Shown: positions 52,169 to 64,000 of the stretch, piece by piece | Layout of the letters: each line of letters begins with the position of its first letter | Position numbering within the stretch: the first letter of the stretch is position 1 | Origin: Azolla caroliniana | Taxonomy: Eukaryota; Plantae; Polypodiophyta | Reading direction: 5' to 3' | Assembly (NCBI GenBank): GCA_043228905.1 | Contig: JBHGNT010000010.1 | Coordinates: 15,686,001-15,750,000 of the forward strand | DNA: 64,000 nucleotides | The notes under the pieces: generated by a model | Database searches by the model: none | What the model was told of the DNA's origin: nothing | Seen by the model: only the letters and a program-made list of their open reading frames with translations | Made by a program: the position numbers and the translations under genes

Positions 52169-55100
52169 CACTTATGAACAACACAAGATGGGGGGTGAGT
52201 AACTATATTAAATTAGCATTATCATCATCAAATACAAAAATACCTACAATGAGGTATATATAGATCTCATGTGCAAGGGTGCACATGTGTGAGGATAATA
52301 TAGGTACAAAAGTGTAAGTCCTATATTAAATGTACTTAGGAGTGGAGGATCTAGAATATCTCACTTAAGTATAAGGTCCTATTTAAGGTGTTATAGTCAA
52401 CACTTCAAACTAAACTCTATCTAAGTAACTACGAAGTTACATGGTTGACTAACTAACTAAACTAAGTTGAGCTTGATCTCTCAACACGCCCCCTCAAGCT
52501 CAAGTGTGAGGCGTCTGACATCCGCTTTGGCTTTCGTCGGCTTCGTGTGCTTCCGTTCGGTCTTTGGCTTTCTTCGACGTGGCAATCTCGGTTCCTCCCC
52601 CTCAAGCCAGTGACGAAGCTTGTAGCGTGTGGGTGAAGGTTGACTACTTCCACCCATCGTGGGTTATGAGCCGCTTCGGTGGAGCTCTTGGGCTCTTGTT
52701 CGGCCGCTACCTTCATTGCGAAGGCGTAATGATGGGCCATATACTCATTGTAGCCAAGCCGAGTGAAGGGTTTCTTCTCTCTAGAAGAGCGTCGAAGTTT
52801 TTTGCTCGCCGATGTGAGTGCCTTCTTTACTCCGGGTGTACGCATGATGGGTACACCAAACTCACTGTCTAGTGAGGGAGCCGATCCATCCGAATCATTG
52901 TTGTCGGGGTGGTTGACTTCGTATTCGGGCATCTTACCTTTGCCTTTGTCCAAGTTCATACTTGGTCGCGACGTGCTTGGGTCACGTGGGGGGGGGGCTC
53001 TTGTGGCCCACTAGGCCTTGCTGTAATCGGACTTTCTTCGAACATGTGTTTGAAGCGATCTCCATCTTCTACCTCTTGTTTGGTGGATTCCAGGTCGAGC
53101 GGAGTCAGAGTCGAAGTTGTCTCCGGTGCGTACCGGGATGCAGACTCATCGAAGACTACGTCTCGACTTACCCAATCGCTCGGGTAGAGGGGTTGTAGCA
53201 GTTGTATGCCTTCTTCTCGGACGAATATCCTATGAGGATACATTCTTCCGACTTTGCATTGGGCTTCTGTCGTTGTTCTTTCGGGATGCATACATTTGCA
53301 ATGCTTCCGAACACCTTGAGGTGCGACAAGATCGGCTTCCTTCCGACGAGGAGCTCGTATGGAGTTAGCTCATGCACTCCATTAGTGGTGCATTGATTCA
53401 TGAGATAGACGGCCGTGGATGTCGCTTTAGCCCAATAGAAATTTGGCATGTGCTTCTCATGCATCATGGCGTGTGCTACCTCGAGTATTTGCCGATTCTT
53501 CCTTTCCGCTACTCCATTTTGTTGGGGTGTGTGTCGGCATGAGAATTCTTTATGAATGCCTTCACTTTGGAGGTAGGAGGTGAATTCGTCGGAGAAGTAC
53601 TCCTTGCCTCCATCCGATCGTAGGCATTGAATGTGCCAATCGGTTTCTTTTTCGACTTGGCCCTTGAGCTTTTGGAAATGGGTGAACACTTCGCTCTTCT
53701 TCTTCATCGGGAAGATCCACGCGTAGCACGAGTAGTCGTCGATGAAGGTGACGTAGAATCGGCATCCGCCGATCGTCGGCAATTGAGCCGGTCCCCATAC
53801 ATCCGAGTGTATGATGTCGAGGAGGCCTTTGCTCGCGTGGCTCTCCTTCGGGAATGGGAGTCGATGTTGTTTGCCAAGTTGACACGCTTCACATACTCGG
53901 TTGACGCATTTCGACTCGAAGGTCTGAAGTCTGATGACGACTCCCATTGTTTGCATAGCTCGGAGCTGTTGGAGGTTTATGTGGTCGATTCTCTTGTGCC
54001 ACAACTCGATGCTTGTCTTGGTTTTGAGACTGTTAGCATACATTTCCGATTTCACCTCGTTCGAATTGAGGATGAACATTCGTCCGTCTCTCCGCCCCTT
54101 CGCTATGAGTCGGCCATCTTTCTTGATGAAGCATCCTTCTTTGTTGAAGCGAACTTCCATTCCTTGTTCCATGATTTGGCCTACCGAGACCAAATTCTTC
54201 GTTATCGTGGGCACATGCAAGACATTCTTGATGCAATTGTTCTTGCCATCGTTGCCGAATGGAATGTTGCCGATGTGCCGAATGGGATGCGTGGTGTCAT
54301 CTCCCGTCTCTATGTAGCCGGGTCAATCCGGTGTACGCAAGTCATTGAACCACTCTTTGTGGGATGTCATGTGATGTGAGGTGCCAGAATCGATGAACCA
54401 CACGTTCTTCGAATTGGAGGTGCTTGTGGAGTTGGAGGTTGTCATAGAGTTTGCTCTATGCCTCATTACGAACATTTCGCCACGGTCGCGGTAGTCGGAA
54501 TTCATGGCGTAATTTGTAAACATTTCACTACGATCGTCGTAGTCAGAATTCGATGCGTGATTCGTGAACATTCCGCTACGATTGTGAAGCCGACTCACTT
54601 CTCTTTTTCCGACACTCCGCCTCGTAGTGGCCGATTTTGCCGCAATAATTGCAAGTTGCGAGCCTTGTTTGCTGACCATGTTCGGCGTGGAAGCTCCCCC
54701 TTCTTCCAAAGGTTCCTCGATGGCTTCCGTGAAGGTTTGAGTTCCCTTCGTGTCATGGGTCGAATTGACCTCTTCTACCGCCGTGACCTCCTCCTCGACC
54801 ACCGTCTGAATTTGAGAAGAACATTTGTTCATCTGACGTCTTGCTTTTGGTTCGGACGTGGTTCTCTTCGACCAATAGCATTGATTGGAGGTCGAAGGAT
54901 GAAGGAGGGTTTTCTCTCACCAAGATTGCCGTCCGTAATGGATCGAATCGTTGTGAGAAGAAGAGAGAGAGGAAGATGCACTTATAAACAACACAAGATG
55001 GGGGATGAGTAACTATATTAAATTAGCATTATTATCATCAAATACAAAAATACCTACAATGAGGTATATATAGATCTCATGTGCAAGGGTGCACATGTGT

Positions 55101-55296
55101 GAGGATAATATAGGTACAAAAGTGTAAGTCCTATATTAAATGTACTTAGGAGTGGAGGATCTAGAATATCTCACTTAAGTACAAGGTCTTATTTAGAGCG
55201 TTATAGTCAACACTTCAAACTAGATTCTATCTAGGTAACTACGAAGTTACATGGTTGACTAATTAACTAAACTAAGTTGAGCTTGATCTCTTAACA
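52019..55296 (-). mobile_element. Ty1/copia LTR retrotransposon, internally deleted (non-autonomous), with both termini and a 5-bp TSD
   Basis: Termini TGTTAAGA...TCTTAACA flanked by ATTAG (52014-52018 and 55297-55301). 3' LTR at 52019-52486 with a PPT (minus AGCTTGAGGGGGCG); partial 5' LTR at ~54952-55296. Internal motifs: gag knuckle CNYCGKIGHYEAEC, protease WFIDSGTSHHMT, LWHKR..H/CEACQLGK, integrase HSDVWGP, FIDDYS, LRSDGGKEY, QQNGVAERKNR. No RT or RNase H. Confidence 0.95.
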
Positions 55297-56050
55297 ATTA
55301 GGTTAGTATTAGAATTAGAATTTTTATCGTCCATAAAGAGGTTAGTTTTGAACTATGGGAAGAGGGAGTTAGGTTGGTTTGTGGCTGAGAGTGATGCACA
55401 ATTTATCTGTGGCAGGTGCTCAACTAACGAGGAGCGTTTGTGGGGTTACCTAAGTGCATTGACGAATGATGGTAGGTGGTTGTTAGTGTTGGAGGGTAAG
55501 AGGTGGCAATTGAACCCGGACCCTAAGACACTTGATCATGATTGTAGAATATGGCTTTTCAACAACAAGCCATTATATGATTTGGAGTGGGATCCATTGG
55601 AGGTATGGTAGTAGACATCGGGAACAAACAAACTGAAAATATTTTCTGAGTACAATACTAAGCTCGGAAGATTTATCATTAGCTCCAAATCAGTGGGTGT
55701 TGTAATGATTCACAATAGCTGGAAGGATAAATTTTTGAGGAGATTTGGCTTATGGTGGTGTGCTTATTGATTTGGCACATTTGGACTAGGCGCTGTAAGT
55801 TTGTTTTTCAACTGCAAAAAGCTCTCATGCGGTAAGGTATCTGGTTTGAGCTAGTGGCCTGGCTGCATGGACGGTATGACTCGATTCAGGGGGAATCGAA
55901 AGAAACAGAAAGGGCAAGGTCTAAGTTCTTGTTGAAATGGGGTGGTTCTCCCATGATGGTCAAATCTTCGACGAGGACTAAGTGCGAGTTGAATTTTGCT
56001 ATATTCGATTGCTAACTAATGCGAAGTATTGTTTAAAAAGAAGAAGATGT
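55297..56050 (+). mobile_element. L1/Tx1-like LINE ORF2 C-terminal remnant, probably the target interrupted by the copia element (left part ~51900-52018)
   Basis: RIWLFNNKPLYDLEWDPLEVW parallels KLWVLAKKPVFRLDWDPIDYRW of the L1 at 27850. An IWHIWTRRC-like motif lies at ~55770. Confidence 0.65.
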
Positions 56051-56399
56051 GATGTTAACGCCTAAGAGAAGATATGTTAACCTTCCATGGGATGAGGATT
56101 GCACATTATGAAACCCACTTCCTCCACCTACCCGTATTGTTTCAATAATTCCCTAGAAAAATGGATACTATCTTATGCATGCTTATTGGTAACCTTGTAT
56201 AAATATGCACCTCTTCATATTAGCTGATGTAAATGAGAGGAGGCAACAATCAATACCTTGCTATTTTATTACTTATGTGAGAGATGTAGAGTTGGATGAA
56301 TATCTGTAACTGCACATTATACTACAATTTTTGAGGTAGATATCCTCGTTGCTTCCTAGCAGGGTTTAGGTCATTGTATGATGTCCGATAATTCAATAA

Positions 56400-56830
56400 A
56401 CAAATGTGTTTGGGTTTTGTATCTCATTAGAAGAAGGGACAAACAACCATCTACCTTGATTGGACTCCCTAAGTCCATATAGATAACTATAGGCAAATGA
56501 GCTCACATGAGTGTTAAAGGTCTTAGCCCAAAAAGATGCCCAAGAACACTTGGGCATAAAGAGATAAGAGACACCCTCTTGATAAAACATAAGAAGGCAT
56601 GAGGCTCGATTTCTCAAGTGCATTAATATGATCGAGATGAAGAGTCTTAGAGGGCTTTAGGATTGGGAAACATAGGAAATTTGACTTCTCGCACTTTATC
56701 TTTATTAAGGGTCTGTTAATTTCCATTTCCCATATAGGCGAGCACGTTGTCTCATATATTTCAATTTACTCTATTGGGTCCTAATTGCCTCTTTAGAGAC
56801 ATTAATACACTTCTTCCTCTATGTACCTTT

Positions 56831-56918
<88 letters not shown>
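56400..56918 (+). mobile_element. Old RTE-X-like 3' end followed by (CA)n (56832-56918)
   Basis: GGGTCCTAATTGCCTCTTTAGAGACATTAATACACTTCTT at 56776-56815 matches the family terminus. The upstream frame GLSP/KDAQEHLGIKR...RRHEARFLK resembles the C-terminal tail of the 22-kb ORF. Confidence 0.5.
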
Positions 56919-56919
<1 letters not shown>

Positions 56920-57328
56920 TAAGTATTAACCCCCTCTATTCACATACTTTCTAGCTAGGTGCTACTTATATTCTTCTTCTATGTATTTTTCATATATATA
57001 TATATATATATACTCTTCTTTAAGTATTATCAACCCCCTCTATCCACATACTTTGTCTAGGTGCTACTTACACTTATTTATTACATTCTCATTCTCTCTT
57101 TCTATGTGTGTGTGTGTGTAGCTCACACCTAAAACACAAATATCCACCTACATAGTATATAGTACAAATATATATTCTCTCAAGTAATCATATACATGTA
57201 CACATACACTATTAATTCCATTTGTTATCTTATATACTCTATATATACACACACTCAATCTGTCTTGGGCGTTATCCACCCCCCTACATATAGTTAGTAT
57301 ATGCATGCACAGAAATTACAATCTCTCT

Positions 57329-57362
<34 letters not shown>

Positions 57363-57600
57363 TAGTTGTTATCCACCCGTGACCCCTCTATGTGTACATC
57401 TTCTCCTTCTTTCTAGGTGTTATTGTTATTCACAAAATAAATGTACATCAGACATTGATGTACTCTCTTTGTCTCTAGGTCTTATCCACAAAAATGTCCA
57501 TATCCATTACCTCTAGAGATTCTAGGTGTATCCACAAAAATGTACTTACCCTCTTTAGAGCTTCTAGGTTTATCCACACAAATGTACATCATCTCTCCAA
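56919..57600. repeat. Degenerate repeat with recurring CTAGGT...TATCCACA...AATGTAC units
   Basis: Copies at 56919-56968, 57020-57070, 57476-57500, 57522-57545 and 57564-57590, interspersed with microsatellites. Confidence 0.7.
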
Positions 57601-57926
57601 GTTAACAACAAAGAACACATCACTCTGTCCCCATAGAAGCGAACATCCATGGATGACATGCCAAGATGTCGTGATTGAGGCGAGTGAAGGAAAAGTTAAC
57701 GAGAACAGAGATTGTGAGTAATGTGAAATGGGCAATTCTACTAGCATTAGGTCATGGGGAGATCATTGCTTGCCATGTCTCGTATGCCCAGGAAGGAGAC
57801 ACTGGGATTCATTCAATGAGCATTGGTTGAACAAACCAACCAACTGAGCTTACTTTACACACTGTATTTTTTGTCAATAAATCCCATAGACAAATATGGG
57901 ACAAGGAATGGCCATGTCTTGTCTTG

Positions 57927-58035
57927 TTCGCGGTGCCTTGTAAACCCATCTCGAGAATCATCATTCGGAGTGCTAGTAAACCCATCTTGAGAATCATCAT
58001 TCGTGGTGCTTGTAAACCCATCTCGAGAATAATTT
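57927..58035. repeat. 36-bp tandem repeat, 3 units
   Basis: GTAAACCCATCT(C/T)GAGAAT starts at 57940, 57976 and 58012. Confidence 0.95.
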
Positions 58036-59224
58036 GGGGAGCATGCATGCATGCATTAGATTAGGATCATTATTATGAATCATGATGGATCTTGTGGAGA
58101 TGAGAATTAGGACATGGATGGAATATATATATATATACATATATATATGTGTGTGTGTGTGCATTAACTTGAATTCAGTCATATAATTATACAATCATGA
58201 TTGGTCTGACACTAGATGTTCATTTCCCTCTCTAGGGTTTGCTTATCCTCCTATCTATGTGATTGATTGATTGAGCTGAGCTGAACTGAACTGAAAACTA
58301 AACTGTATTAAATTGATGGTGCTTCATAAATATATATCTGCACAGGAATGTGCAAAAATCAGACAGGACAAAATATGTACAGAGTGGATTTGTCGTCTTT
58401 TGGGGGTTTAGTTGTTTTATTTTTATTTTTTTTCCTCCAAAACCTTTAGTATTATTTCGAACTTGCTGATTTTGATTTCTTTTTCTTTTTTTTACTCTTG
58501 TGACAGATAATACATACTTCTTTGTTCAGATTTCTGTACATCAGAGCCGCTTTTCGATTCCATCAAACCGAAAAAAGAAACAAAGAAAGACAGACAAGAG
58601 AGAGAGAGAGAGAGAGAGATTCAAATGATATTCCTACATATGATTGATCTCAGCGGCTCTTGTCTGTATGCGTGTGTAATGAAATGAATATATATGTATG
58701 TACATATATCGAAGGAAGGGAGGGATGAATCATTTGATTGCAGGATGGATGGACAGGAATCAGGCGGTGATGGTGATGGCGATGGCGATGGTGATATATG
58801 GAAGGGGATGGAATCCTGATTCCTGCCTGCCTGCCTCCACCTGCTCGCTCGCTCGCTTCTGCGGAATGAATCATCCATCAATCACATAATTTATTATCAT
58901 TCTGGAATCTGAGCTCCTCCTGCTCTCTCCAGCCATCACCATAGCTTTTAGGTTAAATCATCAGTCCATCATGAGATTATTAGAAGCAACCAGAAAAGAA
59001 GGAAGGAATTTAGGGCAAAACAGACTGATTCCAATCCATTTGCCCCCCCCAAATTTCTGCTGCTTCTGCGGCCGCTTTCTTCATTTAAAGAGTCTCTATT
59101 TTCCAAAATGAAAAAAACAATAAAAAAATAAATATACATATTTCAAGCGGAGACTTTTATTTATAAATATATATATATAAATTAAATATTTATCCGCACA
59201 CTGACACGCGCATAAAACTCTAAA

Positions 59225-59360
59225 TAAATAGATAAATAATAAATAATAAATAACGTATGACAAATAAGAAATAAGAAATAAGAAATAATAAATAAGAAAT
59301 AATAAATAATAAATAAGAAATAATAAATAAGAAATAAGAAATAAGAAATAAGAAATAATA
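59225..59360. repeat. (AATAAGA)n/(AATAAAT)n heptamer minisatellite
   Basis: Direct reading. Confidence 0.9.
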
Positions 59361-59654
59361 GCCATATGTCCTGTCCATCCTAACTAACCTTAACTACCAC
59401 CCCCCACCCCAAAAAAAAAGAGAACAAACTATTTTTTTGTGTTCTCCACACGTAAGTTTTTCCTTTACTCACGAGTCACTCCAAACACTAAACTCTCCAT
59501 CATGATCATCGCACCTCTCGTATCTTCCGGTTTCCAATGCTAACAAGCATAAGAAGTACCATACCATTTTGACATTTTTGACATTTTTGACATTGTTGTA
59601 AGTTAGTCATGGTGATGTTTTTTTCTTTTGTGATGAAAGACAAGTATTGACGAA

Positions 59655-59655
<1 letters not shown>

Positions 59656-59716
<61 letters not shown>
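59656..59716. repeat. Compound microsatellite (GT)n(GA)n
   Basis: Direct reading. Confidence 0.98.
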
Positions 59717-59720
<4 letters not shown>

Positions 59721-62659
59721 AGCTCGATTTGTATGGTTGGGATGTTCAGCTGAACTCATAAGGATGTTTGGTGGACGTGAGAAGGTCATGCATTCAACCC
59801 TCATTTGAAAGAAGATATGGGTATAATGAGAATCTTGGGCCTTGATTCATTGAACCCAAGGCTTCACAACCCGGAGGCAAGTTAATTTCGCAAAAAGCTA
59901 AATAAATACAAACTTTCAATTGTTACTTTGGATAGGCAATGAAACAGAATCTAGTTTTGAATATAATATTCATTCTCACAAGATGGTAGAAACTATTCTA
60001 AAAAATAGTTTGATAGATACTCAACCCACAAATATTCTAGCTAGTGGTAGTAATGCATCAAAGAGAAGATTTTACCATTTGTCTAACTGGTACATGGAAC
60101 CAACAATAACCGATAAACAATCAAGGATATTTGTTTCTTTGTGCTTGATCCCTCTCTTCATCACTTTGCCACTTCTAAGAGTTTAGCCTCCATGAGATAT
60201 GACAAATGATGTTCTTATTTTATGTTTAAGGAATTGAGGCTCGCAAAGCGGAGGGGAACTCTTGAGACTGAGCTAAACCATTGGTAAACATGTCATTGCA
60301 CAAGTAAACATGGTCATTATGTTGTTGACCATTATCAGATATTGTAGAAGGCCAGGGGAACATGCTCATTAAAGAAGTTGCGCTTCTGAATCAAGTGGTA
60401 CTATCCTTTGACGAATCCAAAGAGAAAATGGGTTGGGACACTTGGAGGATAATTTTTTTCGTAACAATCCAAATAGGATATTATCCTTATTCACCAAGAT
60501 AAGTCAAGACAGTGGGCAAATGCATCATCCATCAAACCACTACATACAAATCAAGGTAATCATGATGATCCATGGAAATTAATATCATGCATACTTGGTA
60601 GGACATTGGACACATATGCTCTTGAGCAATTATATCTGTAGCTTCTATCAACATGAAGTTAGTAAGTAGGTTCATGATGATATAGTTGTTAGACAAGGTT
60701 ATCATTCATATACAATTCTTTATCATTTTCCTTCTCGAGAAGTTATTGAGACAAAAGCCACATATTTTTGCTATTTGAGTGATACATTCTAGTATGTAAT
60801 ATTATTTTTCCGCTAGGATGACTCAAGATGTAGAAAAATTGATGTTCCGAAACCAAGAAGTGCGAGCATAGGTTCACCTATTCATTGTTTCACATTAACA
60901 GAAGTTAGAGTATTTCATTACAAAATTTTCCTTCCATTTACATGCAACCGAAATGTGAAACTTTGTACTTGCTTAGTGTCTTGACTTGGGTATCACTAGA
61001 TGTAATAAAGGTGTTCACTTAGATGATACACACCACTACCATAACAATGCTCATAGCCTTGAAGAAAACATAGAAAGAGCACATGTCACCCCGTTTTTGC
61101 CCAAATAGTTGTGCAACACTCATGTCCACAATTTGGTGTAGCTTTCCAGAAAATTTTGGAGGAATTCGGAGCCTCAACATGGGTTGCGAAGTTTGCAATG
61201 GTTTTTGTTTTGTGATTTCAATTACATCAACTTTCCACGTAACCTAAAAAACATTCAAAAGTAGCTTCGAGCCCCAACAATGGAGAAGTTACACTTGGTA
61301 TTCCTCATGATTTGGGAGATCATTTTTCTTAATGCAAGAGAAGTTCCCAATTCTAATTCAAGACACAATGGGGATAACTATGTTCCTAACTCACAAGAAA
61401 AACCTAGACCACAAATGCATGGGGAATCATGCTCTCACTAAAATATACTTAGGCATCAATATGAAAATTGATTGTTCCCAAACTATGATTTTGCACTTAG
61501 TAATATCTTTCCTTTTCTTTTCAAAGATTTGATACCATCTAAGCAAATAATAAAAATGTGTCTATGATTTTGGATCAAAAGTGGAGGACATCCAAATGAC
61601 AGAATGAATGCGATTGACCATATAGAAATTGGAAAATTGAGCCTAACGAAATTTAAGAATCATGTTTAGGAGTGTTAGGATATGGCTTAGGCCATAATTA
61701 TAATTTGGGGAAGATAGTACATGTAATTTGAGGATAAATCTTTATAGAGAGGATAAGTGTTCATAAAAAAGTGTTATTAAGATCGTCCTCTAAGCACTCT
61801 CACATTTATAGATATGTAGATTGCTAAGGTGCAATGATAATTGGTTCTGTGATTACTATCTTTGTAATAACTAACCATCACCAAATAAAATTTACTCTTT
61901 GTTTAGTTTTAAAAACTATAGATGAATGAATTGCCGAGTAGTGAAATTTTCCTCCCAACAGATATAGAAAAAGATGATCATAAGAAACCCTTAGTATTCA
62001 TTTTTGTAGTGTCCTTAATTAATGTCATTTGTTTCATTTTAAATCTGAAAATGTTGCTTTGGTTTGAAATAAGTTTGTATTATGTTGCATTACAAGGGGA
62101 TTGTATGTATGTGGTGTGTACATGTAACACACATACTCTATACATTTATATATGTATATACACATACATACACATATTAAATAGATACGTATAAATCATT
62201 GTTGACATGTCCCTACATCAAGCATCTATCTTCTCTCCATTGTCATATATTGGGTTCTTCCTCAAACATGTCTGTTGTGGTGTCCCTGTTTTGTCCCAAT
62301 TGGGACCCTGTCCCAAAACTGACTAGGACTCACCAAGGGGCCCAATCCTAGTCCCAACAAAGGCACCACTAGGAATGGGCTCGGTTTCGACTCAAATTGA
62401 ACCCAACTGTTAAGCCATGGTTTAACGGTTTATCAGTTTCAAAAAAGTTTAATGGTTTGGTTTGGTTCAAGTTATAAATAAATGTTTCGATTTCATTTCG
62501 GTTCAGTTCCAATACTCAAGTTTATTGGTTTATAGGTTTGGCTTAAAGGTTTTTGGGTTTTTGGTGAACTTTTTTTTTCCCCCTTAATGATTTATTAATT
62601 TAATGTTTTTCTATTTATTTAATTAATGCTTATTTAATTTAATGGTTTAATTAATCACC

Positions 62660-64000
62660 TCTAGAAACATGCTAGAGGAATTTGGACAGGGGATGATACA
62701 TCTCATTCCCAAAAGTGGTGGGAGTGCCAATGACATTAGTAAGTGGCGGCTCATAACTCTCCTCAATACTATCTATAAGTTGCTTGCAGAAATCATGGCA
62801 CGCCGCTTAGCACCACTTCTCCCTCAGCTCATTCATCCGTCCTAGAAAGGTTTTGTTAGAAATCGGAGCATCCTAAACAATCTCTTCTCATTTTGGGAAG
62901 CAATAGCCCTTGCCAAGCGTACCAACAACAAGGTCGTTGTGGTGCTCCTAGATTTTGAGAAAGCATATGACTGGGTATGCTGGAAATTTCTAGAAAGTGT
63001 GATGGGGAAATTTGGCTTTCACGAATCATGGATCAAAGGCATTAAATCAAGACTTTATAGGAACGCCACCAATTGTGTTTCACTAGCAGGTGAAAGGCGC
63101 CCTTTCTTCCGAATATCACGATCTGTACGACAGGGCTGCCCACTGGCTCCATCCTTATTCCTATTCTACGCCGAAGCACTCTCTAGCTTTCTCAACTCGC
63201 GGCACCTAAGCCTACGTGGTCTTCGTGTGTCGCATTCTCACCAAAGCCTCCTAGATATAGAATTTGTAGATGACACCACGGTCTACTTGGAAAATTTACA
63301 AAAGCTAGAAAGTGGTCTAGACGTATTTTGCAAGAGATCCAATGCCATGATCAATTGGCACAAATCCTGTGCAATATGGCTCTCTCATGATGCACATCTT
63401 GTGTGGCACCCAGATCCTGCTTTCAAGTGGATCAATCAAGGAGAGAGCAGCAAATATTTGGGTTTCCAAATTGGGTTCAACATACCTCCATAAACTATGA
63501 TTACACCAGTTATTCACTCCATACGACAAAAGTTAATACATTGGAGTTCCAAAAAACTCTCGCTAGCGGGGCACATCATAATGGTAAACCAGGTATTACT
63601 TGCAATAACATGGTACAACCTATCATGTTGGACAATCTCCAAGGAAAGTATAAACTAGATTCAACGACTGGTACGCAATTACATTTGGTCTGGTAAGGAA
63701 GATCATGCAATTCGGGCCAAGGTGACGTGGCCTATACTCACATCACCTAAGTCGAGAGGAGGATTGGATCTTATTGATCCCCTCTCACAATCAAAAACCC
63801 TACTGCGAGGACTCCAACCAGGGAATGACTGCTAGAAAATGCTAATGCGGTTACGCTTCGCTTACTTTAGGCCACTAAAAGGGACCAATTGGCCCCCCCA
63901 AACTGGATGGATTCTAAACATGGATCTCAAACCTAGTTTCTCTCACCAACTAGAGGATAGATTTAGTGTATCCTTGTGGAAGGCGTGGTGTGACATTAGA
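62660..64000 (+). mobile_element. L1/Tx1-like LINE reverse transcriptase region, disrupted, running off the window end
   Basis: LIPKSGG...KWRLITLLNTIYK, LLDFEKAYDWVCWKFL, SVRQGCPLAPSLF, EFVDD, KYLG, VNQVLLA..WY, SRGGLDLID, with stops and frameshifts. Same family type as 25505-28260. Confidence 0.9.

Noticed and set aside
53627-55012. 250-aa and 184-aa plus-strand ORFs
   Set aside because: Antisense shadows of the GC-richer copia gag-pol, with no recognisable motifs.
56930-57590. Cluster of TTATCCACA-like 9-mers resembling bacterial DnaA boxes/oriC
   Set aside because: They are the core of a local degenerate tandem repeat among plant microsatellites; there is no bacterial gene context.
57927-58035. 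CRISPR-like appearance of short repeats (also 28229-28345, 7490-7750)
   Set aside because: Intervening sequences are themselves repeated or too short, there are no cas genes, and the context is eukaryotic.
58905-58970. Partial resemblance to miR319 (TGGACTGA...GGAGCTC) and miR164 (TGGAGA..GCAGG) on the minus strand
   Set aside because: The matches are split or gapped and do not lie in a matching duplex.

Overview
AT-rich, microsatellite-rich eukaryotic nuclear DNA from a land plant. It is most likely a fern or another seed-free vascular plant, inferred from the PLS-PPR style, RTE-X-like LINEs and repeat landscape. Five host genes were reconstructed by hand with GT-AG introns: the 3' part of MON2 (+, 43-12232), an intronless PLS/E-class PPR gene (-, 13492-16011), a FAM214/Atos-like DUF4210 gene (+, 29827-33814), NdhN (+, 35885-37580) and a HOOKLESS1-like GNAT acetyltransferase (-, 40232-43048). 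The rest is mostly decayed mobile DNA: Ty1/copia elements (one with both ends and an ATTAG target-site duplication, plus a nested pair in a MON2 intron), L1/Tx1-like and RTE-X-like LINE fragments, a hAT remnant, and simple or tandem repeats. No rRNA, tRNA or CRISPR is seen, and I cannot demonstrate a new multi-gene system. The best leads are: (i) a same-orientation chain of RTE-X-like LINEs joined through TC microsatellites and sharing a 3' stem-loop; (ii) a chain of stop/start-overlapping uORFs before the Atos-like ATG; (iii) complementary telomere-like tracts flanking NdhN exons 2-3; (iv) a triplicated exon end plus splice donor in the HLS1-like gene; (v) an orphan hairpin-rich locus at 58.2-59.1 kb. 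Coordinates were read by eye and family calls come from motif recognition, not database searches.
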